64,000 nucleotides of DNA, taken from Macrostomum lignano (taxonomy: Eukaryota). How positions within the stretch are numbered: the first letter of the stretch is position 1; each line of letters begins with the position of its first letter. Location of the stretch: NCBI GenBank assembly GCA_002269645.1, contig NIVC01000384.1, positions 372,001-436,000 on the forward strand, in the 5' to 3' direction. Below are positions 1-13,544 of the stretch, one piece after another. Under the pieces are notes generated by a model. It had not been told where the DNA came from, did not search any database, and was given only the letters and a program-made list of their open reading frames with translations. The position numbers and the translations under genes were made by a program.

Positions 1-3000
1 AATTGGATCCTCAGGGGCTTAGGTCTTAGCAACTATTATTGTTAAAATAGGATTATAGAAATTAAAAGACATCTGGAATAAATATTTTTATTTGCAATTT
101 ATTAGCTTTATTTTTAATATAGATGACATAGCTAAGATATTTATGATTCTTGAATATTCACCTAAAAATCCTAGGATCAACCCTTAATACCTCTTTAAAA
201 ATTGATCAAACCTAGCTTTTAACTTATAAAAATATTTACAAGTAAATAAGTTAACAACTCAGGCGATATAAAGAAAAGGTTAAATTAGAGAACAAATTAG
301 TGAAGTTAAATGAAATTTAGGTTAAAAATTTTGCTTTTAAAAAATTGAGTTAATATAAGAAAATGAATTTCAAATACATAATTTAAAACTTAAAATAATA
401 TTATAATATTCAATAAAAACACTTAGTTATGCCCTATTGTTTAGTTATTGGTAGGTGTATACAAGAATGAAAATTGAAGTTTTTTATTTTATGCTAACGT
501 AAATTAATTTTTAGTTACTACCAACTCATATTATTATTAGGGACTGTAACTATTATTGCCCAAAAACTAGATTTTTTATAAATATCTTTAATATAACTTT
601 TTTTACTTGAACTATTTTTATGTTTATTATGTCATTTCATTTTTACCTTTTTATCTATTAGGTCTATCTATTACGCAGCATAAATCTAGCCTTTATTCTA
701 CCCCCTTCTCTTGCTCTAACACAGAATAGTAATATAGCCAATAAGCCAAAACCTTAGCAAAAAGACCTTAAAATATCAGTCCTAGGCCTAAAATACATAG
801 GGGATTATAAAAATGTTTGTTATAACATAAATTTAATTCTTCTTTCTCCTTATAAGTGAAATAGTACATAAAATTTCTTAAATTTAATTTTCTAAAGTTG
901 TTTTCCAATTGGGAGCAATAAAGCTAAGCTGTTGAAAAAGTAATAATAATGAAAATTTTGTCAAACTTTTTAGCACATTTAATATCAAGTCAAGATTAGT
1001 TAAGAATAGAAAAAAACATATTATTATATTTTTTAACTTATAAGCTATTTCTATACTTATTGATTGAATGATTCAAAGATTGGCCATTACAATTAAATAT
1101 ATAATAATAATATTAAATGGCCATTTTTATACTAAGGCAACGATATATACTTATATTTCATCTAAAAATTCTATATAATAAAAAGTATATCATATGTATG
1201 CAATGGCATAGGATTATAGCCATAGGCCTAGTTTTTTGGTAATAAAAGATTTTAATGATAATAGACATAGTCATTTTGGTAAAAAACAAAACTTTAATGA
1301 GATATTTTAGATAGAAATATTTTATCTTAAAACTTATGTCATAGCCATAGGCCTAAGGTCTATAGTATAAGTAGGCCTAATAGTTATTAATTTAAAGGTT
1401 AGGCTAGGCCCTATTTAAAATAGTTAACTAATGTTTCATTATTTAGGCTTACTAGGCCCTAGGCCTACTAAACTAGATTTAGGTTTATACCATATATAGC
1501 CTAGCCTAGGCTAGGCCTATATACAAAATATAAACATTAACAAAATAACTATACAAAGTAATATTATGAAATTCCTGTCATTTCAATAGTATTAATATTA
1601 TGACTGTATACTATAGTACTATTTAAGAAATTCACAAACTTTTCTTATGAAGACAGAAGACTGAGAGTGTTTGTTTTGTTGCTGTTGCAGAAGTAGCTTG
1701 TTGTTAAAATGACTATTTGCCAACAAAATATCGATTACTAAAACAATTTATCGCCAAAATAACCTGCATCTATGCCAAGATTCTCAGTGCTAAACTGAAC
1801 ACTTACAGCTGAATTTTGACCATTGAACCCTTAACCCTTAGCTAGCTAACCCACTTAGAAGGGTGCAGTGCGTCTCAAGCCATTGAAGCCAATGGCAATG
1901 ATGGCTAAATACTACTGTATTTTTAATTTGTTGTAAAAAAAACTCTGAAAATTATTATAAAAATAAAACGCTAGCTGTTTACTGACATTTTAATAATGCA
2001 ATAAAGTTGAACTTGTTTTACTTACACTGTGTTATACGACCTTAAAGTTATAACACAGTGCTTAAACAAAATAATTTAGGCCCTATTAATAATTTTACGA
2101 AAAGTGCTATGCCAAATTGACATCATTAATTAAAATTTACACTTGTGAATTTTAATTTACGATTACCTGATAGTAAGTTAATCAAGTTTATTAAATTATT
2201 AGGGCCTAAGGCCTTGCTTCTGGGACTTGAATTAAGTTGACATCTTAGAATTCATCTTCGTGACTATCAAATTGTAAGTAGGCCTAGGCCTATTATTTCA
2301 AATTGGATCACATTGTATTGTGTAGGGCCTATATCTAATATTATTGTGTATTGATAGTAGGCCTAGCAAGTTTTCAATTATGCCATACCTAATAATACCC
2401 TGATTCTCAGTCTTTATTCTCAGTCTCAATCTTTATTGCATTTTTGAATCCATTACTAATAATTATGGATTATTAGTCTTAGGCCTAGGCTACTCTGTCT
2501 TTTCTTATTTTAACTATTGTGTAAGGCCTAGTGTCTTGTGTTAAATGACTGATATTAGTTTTTAATATATTGTGGTCTTTTTTAGGTGTTGAACAAGTGT
2601 AGTCTGTAGATCCAAAAAATTGATTGGGGAGACAGTAGGCCTAGTACTAGGCCTAGGCCCTAGGGAAATACAAATTGTAAGGCCTATGTGCCTCTCCTCT
2701 ATGCTTAGCTCAGGAAGGTGGCAGAGGCATACTAGAATTAAAGATGAGCAAAGCTACCAATTCACACCAAGTATGCCAACATTTAAGGTCAACTGTTTTC
2801 ATGTATATCAACATACATGCGCAACTGCTAGCCAACCTGGCCGATCCGGCCACTATAAATTGTGGTGGACCAGGGGTAAGTCGCAAAAATGCCCACCCCA
2901 AAATATACAGATGGAGTAGGGGGCCTACTATTGTGTATTAATTAGATGATGAGGCATTTAGCCCTTATAAGACACTCATAGAACTCCTGCCGTTTACTCA

Positions 3001-4707
3001 AAATTGCGTTAATTTTGCTTTAGGTTTTCTTTCACAGGTAAGTCGCATGGCCAGTGTAAATTAGGAGGGTTGGGGTTGCACATATATATATATATCAAGC
3101 AGGCCAAAATTTTAATGACCCTTTTTACTATGCATAGGCCCTATCAAATATACTAGGCCCCTAGGCCTAATGTTTTTAGCCCTACTTTGCTAACTACCCC
3201 CATACCCAAGTAGTGTCCTAGAATTTAGCATCACACTATTTACATTATGGAAAACCTTGCTTGCTTGAAGAAAATATCTCAATGATAGTAGGGGCCTATA
3301 CTAGGAAAAAAAGCAAATAAGTTTATAATTGTCTCCCACAAGACTTTAGCTTTACTCCTACTTGGCATCTTGCTCCTGTTTGCCAACAAATGGATACATA
3401 TGTCACTTCACTTTGACACCCATCTACAACTGCAACTTTGCTCAAACTTAATTGAATGGCTTTCCAACTTCCAAACAATTAGTTATTACAACTTACATTG
3501 ACCCTCCCTTGTTGGTTATAATATACAATAATACTATCTAGGTATAGCTGTATAGGCTTAGCCTAGTATAATATAGTGCATGCCCAATATTGTAATCTAA
3601 TTTTGGTGATGAAAAACAGAAAGTGACTAGTCTTATTATTGTTACCATTTAACTAATAGTTAATAGGTTATGACTATATGACATGACTCATTGTCATTTG
3701 TTATCATATCAGTTATTATTGTTAGTAACTCGGTCTTATGCATATGTCCATCTATCACTTATTAGTCCATTTCATGTTAATGTCAACTATCATTTTGTTA
3801 TCATCATGTCATATTTTATACATACAAAATACAACTTGGTATAATTATTCAAATATAATACAAGGAGACAAATATTAGGCCTATACTTATAAAGTGCTCA
3901 AATAGACTAAATGAACCTTTGTGATACTAGGGAACATTGCCATTAAGCATGCCAAATAAATGCTATGCCACAATGTAAAGCTGCAACTACAACTACAATA
4001 TTATTGGCTTGATTGTCACTCTTCATCTCTGTGCTAATGGTAATGTATTCTAAGAAAAAAAAGTTTCAAAAATCATTCAGTATGTTTTACAAAAAATAAT
4101 ACATTTTTAACTAAGCTTTTTACTAAACTATAAGTATAACCATGTCTACAATGACAACCACAACCACAATATTAAACCTCAAAATTCAAAGTTTTGATGC
4201 ATGCCAATCATTTATGCTATATTTTTTACCATTGCCTTGAGCATGCCAATTGCACCATTTTTACCATTGCCTTGAGCATGCCAAAAAAATCTGGCATATC
4301 TGCCGCCTTCCTAATCTATGGCCTCTCTTGGCTGCATCTATATGGCTGGCACATTATTTGTACCATACCATGTAAATATTGCTAATGTTGTTTGCCTAAT
4401 AGGGCCTACTAGTACTGTGTATATTATTGTCATTATTTATAAGATAGGCCCCTAACTAAAATTAGTACTAGGCCCCTAGTTATTATCTAGTGTTAGTTAT
4501 ACATTATAGTATAGTATATACATAAGCTATTGAAACACAAGGATTTTGAACCCAAGGAATTCTATTATTCCAATACTTGGAACTATTTTTGCATGTATTC
4601 TGAAATCTAAAGCCATGCTCAAACAAAAACTTGTTCATAGTTTGTAGGATAGAGGTAATCATAAAATGGTATTTGAGGCAAGCAATGATATTGTTGGCTA
4701 GGTTGCT

Positions 4708-5076
4708 ATGCAGAATGTCAGGCAATGTCTGTCTGACTCTAAAACATGTATTGGCAAACTTTGGTCTCTGCCTCTGACCAAAATATCTTTCTTTCTCTCT
4801 CGAGTCGAACTAAGGGAAGAAATCTGGATTAAAAAACTAGGGACTGACAAACCGCCAGGTACGAACATCAGGGTCGACAATCATCTTCTCCGACCCATCC
4901 CAATGGTCCTTCCTTTTCACCCATCTACGGTCTGGCTTGCCAACGAGATTGCTAAAAACTTTGATAAGCTACAAAATAAACCAGGCTCCCGCATACTGCC
5001 CGCTTTTACACGGCAACATAACTTACAGAGCCTCCTGGCTCCCAATAAGTTCAAGTCTCAGCCAGGAAACATTTAA
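4708..5076 (+). mobile_element. Penelope-like element (PLE) relic, GIY-YIG endonuclease C-terminal region
   Basis: The ORF contains REEIWIKKLGTDKPPGTN, matching the RE..WI..L.T..P.G.N motif at the end of PLE GIY-YIG domains, followed by PMVLPFHP and PAFTRQHNLQSLL, typical PLE-like blocks. No RT is visible. Confidence 0.55.
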
Positions 5077-5536
5077 TCATTTTAACCAATGCGCTATTTT
5101 TACCCTATTGAAGTACAATATTTATTCACGTGTCATTTATTTTATTTTATTCAAACTGCTTAATTGTACGCTCAATATTGATTTTTATGCTCCTACCCCC
5201 AATACCGGCATTTCATCTAATCGTATAGTATCGCATATCGTATAGTACTTCGAAATAACAATTTTTTATAACAAATATACTGTCGTTTAAAATTAATGGT
5301 GGAAGGCCTCTGGGACAAGTTAGACCTAGGCAAAACAGGGTTTTAAATGTACATCCCTCATATGTACAACTACTCATCAATTCTATCAGACTAAGAAAAA
5401 TAATACTTAAAAGACCAACTGGAATTGCATGACACACAGATTTTTTGGCCTGACGAAGAGCCCAGAGGCTCGAAACCGGTAGCCCATATTAAATTAATTA
5501 AGTCTTTTGATTTTTTTAAACACGCCGTGACCTCTC

Positions 5537-5549
5537 TTCTCTCTCTCTC

Positions 5550-5610
<61 letters not shown>

Positions 5611-6250
5611 TCCTTTCTCATCTCTCCCTCACTCACTTCTCTCTCTCTTTGTCTCTCCTCTTCTCTCTGTACTCTCCTCTGTTCTCTCTACTCTCCCATC
5701 ACCTCGTGTGTTCACTCTCATCTCTGCTCTCTCATCTCCCTCTTTCATTTGTCATTCTCTTACCTTTCTCCTCTGTACTCTTTTTCTTTCCCCTCTTTTA
5801 ACTCCTCACTTTCCTTTCTCCTTTATTCTCTTCTCTTCTCTTCCCTCTTCTATACTGTCTACTTCTCTTGTCTTCTCTCTTCTCTCTCTACTCTCCTCTC
5901 TCCTCCTTTGTCTCTCATCTCTATAACCTTAAGAGATGTAGAGATGTATCTTTATATCTCTTCTCTCTTCCCTTTACTCTCTCATCTTTACTTTCATCTT
6001 TTTCCTCTCTCCTCATCTGTAGCTTTCTGCTCTCTCATCTCTACTCTCTTCTCTCTCTCCTCTTTACTTGCTCCTCTCTACTCTATCCTCTCTCCTCTCA
6101 TCTCTCATCTTGCTTCTCTCTCTCCTCTCTCTCCCCTGTTCTCCCCCTCTCTCTCTGGTCACCACCTTATCTCTCCTATTATCTTTTATCTTTTCTCTTA
6201 CCCTCTCTTGCCTTTCTTCTTCTATTCCTTCTTCTTTCCACTCTTATCTG
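5537..6250. repeat. (CT)n microsatellite decaying into a long polypyrimidine tract
   Basis: Pure (CT)n at about 5537-5605, then CT-rich low complexity. The Ser/Leu-rich ORFs here are artefacts. Confidence 0.95.
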
Positions 6251-7309
6251 TCCCCGAGCCATGAGCCATGAGCTGATAGCCCTCATATTTCTTCTGTTAC
6301 TTTAAATAAGCAGCATAGCTGATTTATGATACTTTTAAGTAAGTATAAATCAATTTTTTAAATGTTCATATATGTGCAACCCCCTGATTTACTTACCATG
6401 CAACTTACTTTTTGATTAAAAATATAGCTTATCTATGTCTATGAAAGAGACCCCTAATGCAAAAATTAATGCAATTTTGGGTATATGGCAGGAGTAACTA
6501 TGACTGTCTTATTAGGGTAGGGCTAAATGCTTTGTCATCTAATTATTACTAGAATTTACTACATCTATATTCTTTCAGGTGAACATTTTTTGCAATTTAC
6601 CCTTAGTTGTACCACAATTTACAGTGGCCAGGTTGGTCAGCAGTTGCGCATGTATGACAATTTTTATCCAACTTTGTACAATATATCCTATTCAATTTAT
6701 ATTGTGTTTTTTGTCAGTAGTATGCTAAAGCAATTTTAAATTTTAGATATGAATAATCAAATTTTTTAAATTATGTTTCATTTAGCTAGTTTAGCTAGTT
6801 TAATCATTTTTCTTGTTTTTTGAAGTTTTAAAATGACTAAAACTTTTTATAGGAGTTGTAAAAAAGTATCAATCTCTAGTTCTAAAAATAAAAAGTCAAT
6901 AATATACAAGCCATACTTTATAATGATTTCTAAGCATCAATGCTAAATAGCAAACTGTAATTTTTTCTAATTTACATTTCTTTAAATTGACTATTTTTTA
7001 TATTTATTTTCAATTAAATTTACACCTAAACATATTGAAAGTAAATCATATTTACTTTATGACTACAGTTACACTTTGGTTCATGATTTTGGTTCATGAT
7101 TTGCTAAACAAAAAAATAAAGACTATTATAGATTATAAAATTTATCAAAAATCTAGTAATATACTTTTTCAACCTTGAATTTGACAGAAGTAACTTCAAT
7201 TTGGCTAGGTATATCTATTTTATCCTACCACATATTCCATTATCATCAACATTTAAAGGAAATTTATTAGCTATGGATATGTTATCACCATTCCAGCAAC
7301 AGGCCAGCC

Positions 7310-10300
7310 ATGTCTGCAACTACAGATTCTAATAGCCGTCATCAGAGCCAGCAACAGACGCAGCAGCATAATCGCACCGAAGGCTTTGGCAATATGGTCC
7401 GCCCATTAGAGCATGTGAGGCTGGGTAAGGATGCATTCACTGCTGTGCCCATGGAGATGGTGCGGCAGCTGGGCGTCGATCATCAGGTGCTGGTGCAGGC
7501 GGCGCCTTCGCTTTCATCACAGAATAAATCAGCTCTGTGCCGGCCATTGTCTGTCACTCGGTGCCTTCAGGCTGAGCCCATTGTCTCCGATGTTGATACT
7601 CAGGTAGGAAAGATCTCTGTCAAGTGTCCAATGAATAGGTTTTGGACAAAAAATTATGGCTGTTATTTTTATAGATTTCCGAATTACCTGAACTGACACT
7701 AGAACTAGCTCAACTGACACTAGGGCTAACTGAACTGACACTAGGGCTAGTTGAACTGACACTAGAGCTAACTGAACTGACACTAGGGCTAGCTGAACTG
7801 ACACTAGAGCTAACTGAACTGACACTAGAGCTAGCTGAACTGACACTAGGGCTAGTTGAACTGACACTAGGGCTAACTGAACTGACACTAGAGCTAACTG
7901 AACTAACACTAGAGCTAACTGAACTGACACTAGAGCTAACCGAACTGACACTAGAGCTAACTGAACTGACACTAGAGCTAACTGAACTGACACTAGAGCT
8001 AACTGAACTGACACTAGAGCTAGTTGAACTGACACTAGAGCTAACTGAACTGACACTAGAGCTAACTGAACTGACACTAGAGCTAGCTGAACTGACACTA
8101 GAGCTAACTGAACTGACACTAGAGCTAACTGAACTGACACTAGAGCTAACTGAACTGACACTAGAGCTAGTTGAACTGACACTAGAGCTAACTGAACTGA
8201 CACTAGAGCTAACTGAACTGACACTAGAGCTAGTTGAACTGACACTAGAGCTAGCTGAACTGACACTAGAGCTAACTGAACTGACACTAGAGCTAACCGA
8301 ACTGACACTAGAGCTAACTGAACTGACACTAGAGCTAGCCTAACTGACACTGGAGCTAACTGAACTGACACTAGGGCTGGTTGAACTGACACTGGCACAC
8401 AATATTCATACACCGAATACTCGCATGCAGACCACGGCCGATCCGCCCGCTGCCATATTCGGGGACGGTCGCCAGGGCCTGCTGCCATGCCCTGTGCCAG
8501 TCTACGCCCCGGTGCCAGTCCGTTTGCGCGCCCAGCCAACTCCTCGCGGCGTACCGGTGTTTATACCGGTGCCAGTACCGGTCCCGTTCTTGGTGTTGCT
8601 GGAGACGCCAGCCCAAGCGGCAGCCGTTGCCGCCGATATGGCTGCCGCATTTGGCAGGTCAGTCAAGTCGACAACCGAAGCCGCTGCCGCCGCCGCCCCA
8701 GCAGCCACGGCCGACAGCAGCCTGCAGGATGTACCGATGACCGCCAACGTTGCGGCGACTCAACAGTCAGCGGCGGCGGCGGCGGCGCGTAAACGACGCG
8801 CAGCCCAAGAGGCAACTCAACTGGTGGGTGGCTAAATGAGATTCGGTTGCAGTTCCAGTGGATTAAATAATCCCCTTCGTGGGTTTTAAGCCGCATTTTA
8901 GACTTTTAACTCCCACGAAGATCCCTTGAAACCCATGTAAAATTCCCATGCTATAGATGTTTGAGAATCCCATCCTAGACTTGAGAAATTACATTCTAGA
9001 TTTTAGAAATACCATCCTACATTTGAGAAATACCATCCTACATTTGAGAAATACCATCCTACATTTGAGAAATACCATTCTCGATTTGAGAATCCCATCC
9101 TAGATTTGAGCAATCGCATCCTAGATTTGAGAATCCCATTCTAGATTTAAGAATTCCCATCCTAGATTTGCGCAATCCCATCCTAGATTTGAGAATCCCA
9201 TCCTAGATTTGAGAATCCCATCCTAGATTTGAGCAATCCCATCCTAGATTTGAGCAATCCAATCCTAGATTTGAGCAATCCCATCCTAGATTTGAGCAAT
9301 CCCATCCTAGATTTGAGCAATCCAATCCTAGATTTGAGAATCCCATCCTAGATTTGAGCAATCCCATCCTAGATTTAAGAAATCCCATTCTAGATTTGAG
9401 CAATCCAATCCTAGATTTGAGCAATCCCATTCTAGATTTGAGAATTCCCATCCTAGATTTGAGCAATCCCATCCTAGATTTGAGAATCCCATCCTAGATT
9501 TGAGCAATCGCATCCTAGATTTGAGAATCCCATCCTAGATTTAAGAAATCCCATTCTAGATTTGAGCAATCCAATCCTAGATTTGAGCAATCCCATCCTA
9601 GATTTGAGCAATCCCATCCTAGATTTGAGCAATCCCATCCTAGATTAGAGAATCCCATCCTAGATTTGAGAATTCCCATCCTAGATTTGAGAATATCGTC
9701 CTATATTTGAGAATCCCATCCTAAATTTAGGAATCCCATTTATATCCAGGTTCAAGAATCCTGCCCGTAATCCAAGAATCCCACCCCATCATTTGGCTAC
9801 ATGTGAATCAACTTGGTTTCAGATCATCGCCGCCAGCAAGCGGCCCCGCTCCTCCCTGGCGATGAGCCTGAAGTTCTCGTACGGCCTGACAGCCTGGAAG
9901 AACTGGAGTAGAGCCACCACGGCGGCTGCCGCCAACTCCGGCACCGACTACGGCTTTGTGCCGCCAGATCCGGCCGAGCTGGACACTCTTGAACTGGCCG
10001 ACGCTCTGGCTAGATTTGTCCGAGAAGTTCGCAAGCCGAGTGGAGAAGAATACGCCGCCGATTCAGTCTATTACCTTTGTCTGGGCCTGCAGGGTCACCT
10101 AGCTATCGACAGGGGCAGAGATGAGAACTTCTTCTGCGGTGGGCCAGTGTTTTACGAATTCTGCCACGCTCTGGACGGCGTGCTGGACCGGTGTGTTGCT
10201 GCACTGCGTTTGGCTTGTTCTGGCGGTTCTAGCTAGAGGATTTCAAGTGGGGAACTAGGATATTTTGTTGTTCAGTTGGGATAAATGAGAGTGAGTTCCG

Positions 10301-13300
10301 GTGGGATAAATGAGAGTGAGTTCAGGTGGGATAAATGAGAGTGAGTTCCGGTGGGATAAATGAGAGTGAGTTCCGAGTGGGATTAATGAGAGTGAGTCCC
10401 GGTGGGATTAATGAGAGTGAGTTCCGGTGGGATAATTAATGAGAGTGAGTTCCGAGTGGGATTAATGAGAGTGAGTTCCGGTGGGATAATTAATGAGAGT
10501 CGGTGGGATAATTAATGAGAGTGAGTTCCGGTGGGATAATTAATGAGAGTCGGTGGGATAATTAATGAGAGTGAGTTCCGAGTGGAATTAATGAGAGTGA
10601 GTTCCGGTGGGATTAATGAGAGTGAGTCCCGGTGGGATTAATAAGAGTGAGTCCCGGTGGGATTAATGAGAGTGAGTCCCGGTGGGATTAATGAGAGTGA
10701 GTTCCGGTGGGATAATTAATGAGAGTGAGTTCCGAGTGGGATTAATGAGAGTGAGTTCCGGTGGGATTAATGAGAGTGAGTCCCGGTGGGATTAATGAGA
10801 GTGAGTTCCGGTCGGATTAATGAGAGTGAGTTCCGGTGGGATTAATGAGAGTGAGTCCCGGTGGGATTAATGAGAGTGAGTCCCGGTGGGATTAATGAGA
10901 GTGAGTTCCGGTGGGATAATTAATGAGAGTGAGTTCCGAGTGGGATTAATGAGAGTGAGTTCCGGTGGGATTAATGAGAGTGAGTCCCGGTGGGATTAAT
11001 GAGAGTGAGTTCTGGTTGGATTAATGAGAGTGAGTTCCGGTCGGATTAATGAGAGTGAGTTCCGGTGGGATTAATGAGAGGTTAGATGGGATTAATGAGA
11101 GTGAGTTCCGGTGGGATTATTGAGAGTGAGTTCCGGTTGGATTAATGAGAGTGAGTTCCGGTGGGATTAATGAGAGGTTAGATGGGATTAATGAGAGTGA
11201 GTTCCGGTTGGATTAATGAGAGTGAGTTCCGGTTGGATTAATAAGAGTGAGTTCCGGTTGGATTAATGAGAGTGAGTTCCGGTGGGATTAATCAGAGTGA
11301 GTTCCGGTTGGATTAATGAGAGTGAGTTCCGGTGGGATTAATGAGAGTGAGTTCCGGTGGGATTAATGAGAGTGAGTTCCGGTGGGATTAATGAGAGTGA
11401 GTTCCGGTTGGATTACTAAGAGATTAGATGGGATTAATGAGAGTGAGTTCCGGTGGGATTACTGAGAGGTTAGATGGGATAAATGAGAGTGAGTTCAGGT
11501 GGGATTAATGAGATTAATCATATAAGAAGGGATCTCAGCCCACTGCATTACCTGACCCTCCCAACCTCGAACCAGCTATACGGCCCGAGTCACTGAGGAC
11601 GGCACCCTGGTCTGCCGCATCGAGGAGCTGCACCTGTGGGAGTGCCGTCAGCTAGGATTCCACAGCGCTGACTCGCTGCTGTTTACTCTGTTCTACTTCC
11701 TGACTCGCTACGTCGGGCTGCACACCGCCCAGGAGCACGCCGCGCTCAGCCTGGGACAGTTTGCCCTGGTGCCTGCGCCCGGTGCCGCCAGCACCGACGG
11801 CAGCGGTGGCTCCTTTGCCCTGCGGTTCAGTCCGCAGAGTGGCTACGCCGCCGGCATGACTTACGAGCTGACGGAGGCTGCGGATCCGCTGAAGTGTCCG
11901 GTCAGATTGTTTCAGGTGAGCGACTCGCGGATGGGCTAATAAGGGACATTTCAGATGAGGATTATCGATAATCGGGAAATGGGATCAAGGTTCTCATACC
12001 TGCATGAAGATAATTGGGATTAGGATTATTATATCTACATGGGGATTAGTTCAGGATTATCATATCTACTAGAGGATTAGTTAGGGATTATCATATCTAG
12101 AGGGGGATTAGTTAGGGATTAATATATCTACAGAGGTATTAGTTAGGGATTATCATATCGACAAGGGGATTAGTTCAGGATTACCATATCGACAAGGGGA
12201 TTAGTTCAGGATTATCATATCTACAAGGGGATTAGTTAGGGATTATCATATCTAGAGGGGAATTAGTTAGGGATTATCATATCTACAGAGGGATTATCAT
12301 ATCTACAAGGGGATTAGTTCAGGATTATCATATCTAGATGGGGATTAGTTCAGGATTATCATATATCTACAAGGGGATTAGTTCAGGATTATCATATCTA
12401 CAGGGGGATTGGTTAGGGATTATCATATCTACATGGGGATTAGTTAGGGATTATCATATCTACAGGGGAATTAGTTAGGGATTATCATATCTACAATGGG
12501 ATTAGTTCAGGATTATCATATCTACAATTGGATTAGTTCAGGATTATCATATATCGACAAGGGGATTAGTTCAGGATTATCATATCTACAGGGGGATTGG
12601 TTAGGGATTATCATATCTACAGGGGGATTGGTTAGGGATTATCATATCTACAGGGGGATTAGTTAGGGATTATCATATCTACATGGGGATTAGTTAGGGA
12701 TTATCATATCTACAGGGGGATTAGTTAGGGATTATCATATCTACAATGGGATTAGTTCAGGATTATCATATCTACAATGGGATTAGTTCAGGATTATCAT
12801 ATCTACAATGGGATTAGTTCAGGATTATCATATATCGACAAGGGGATTAGTTCAGGATTATCATATCTACAGGGGGATTGGTTAGGGATTATCATATCTA
12901 CAGGGGGATTGGTTAGGGATTATCATATCTACAGGGGGATTAGTTAGGGATTATCATATCTACATGGGGATTAGTTAGGGATTATCATATCTACAGGGGA
13001 ATTAGTTAGGGATTATCATATCTACAATGGGATTAGTTCAGGATTATCATATCTACAAGGGGTTTGTTAGGGATCAAGCTTCGATCATCTGCTCAAAAAG
13101 AGGACTAGGGAACTGCTTACGGATTATCATTCCCGCTCTCCCAACCCTGGCTTTGTCCTGTACAGGTTTACCTGGCTAAGCGGCCGCAATTTCCGGCCAC
13201 TGTGGCCGGTCCGTCCGAGCCGTTTTACCTGCTGCCGGACAGACAGCGCGCCTGCGAGCCGGCCGACCCGGTCTGGTACAGCCGCGAGGCCTGTCTGTCG

Positions 13301-13408
13301 GAGGCCGAGCTCAACCGTTGGCTCAATCGGATCAAATGCGTCAAGGAGATTCAAGAGGCCATTATGCACGCCCAGATGCAATGGAGCGTTGATCCTAATG
13401 CTATGTGA
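7310..13408 (+). CDS. ZMYM2/3/4-QRICH1 (woc)-like DUF3504 protein, 5 coding exons, about 545 aa
   Basis: Exons 7310-7603, 8431-8823, 9823-10190, 11576-11915 and 13166-13408. All introns are GT-AG with compatible phases (0,0,2,0). Motifs: PVFIPVPVPVP; LKFSYGLTAWKNW; LARFVREVRKPSGEEYAADSVYYLCLGLQ; RIEELHLWECRQLG; DPLKCPVRLFQVYLAKRP; FYLLPDR..PVWYS; LNRIKCVKEI. These parallel the ZMYM4/QRICH1 C-terminal region. The 7310 start codon is tentative. Confidence 0.88.
7688..8395. repeat. 21-bp minisatellite (ACTGAACTGACACTAGAGCTA)n in intron 1 of the ZMYM-like gene
   Basis: Direct tandem array. It produces the spurious LALVSVQ ORF on the minus strand. Confidence 0.95.
8965..9730. repeat. 20-21-bp minisatellite (CTAGATTTGAGCAATCCCATC)n in intron 2
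   Basis: Direct tandem array. Confidence 0.95.
10277..11515. repeat. About 25-bp minisatellite (GGTGGGATTAATGAGAGTGAGTTCC)n in intron 3
   Basis: Direct tandem array with variant units. Confidence 0.95.
12020..13070. repeat. About 31-bp minisatellite (CAGGGGGATTAGTTAGGGATTATCATATCTA)n in intron 4
   Basis: Direct tandem array. Confidence 0.95.
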
Positions 13409-13544
13409 GAACTGGCGACTCTTGTTTTCTTTAAAATTCATGCTCAATCATTATTTTTGTTAATCCTTGGCTAACCAGGATTAGCAGTAATTTGCTATTG
13501 TTACCTAGTCTTGCTTCTTGCTAAATGGGAAAAATCATTTGATT

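Noticed and set aside
7529-8539. 336-aa LALVSVQ repeat ORF and the other periodic ORFs (16481-16929, 18257-18859, 28805-29359, 30438-31286, 5425-6264)
   Set aside because: These are translations of stop-free tandem repeats, not genes.
12020-13070. Interstitial telomere
   Set aside because: TTAGGG occurs once per 31-bp unit, not as (TTAGGG)n. The (TTAG)n tract at 35857 is also not the telomeric unit.
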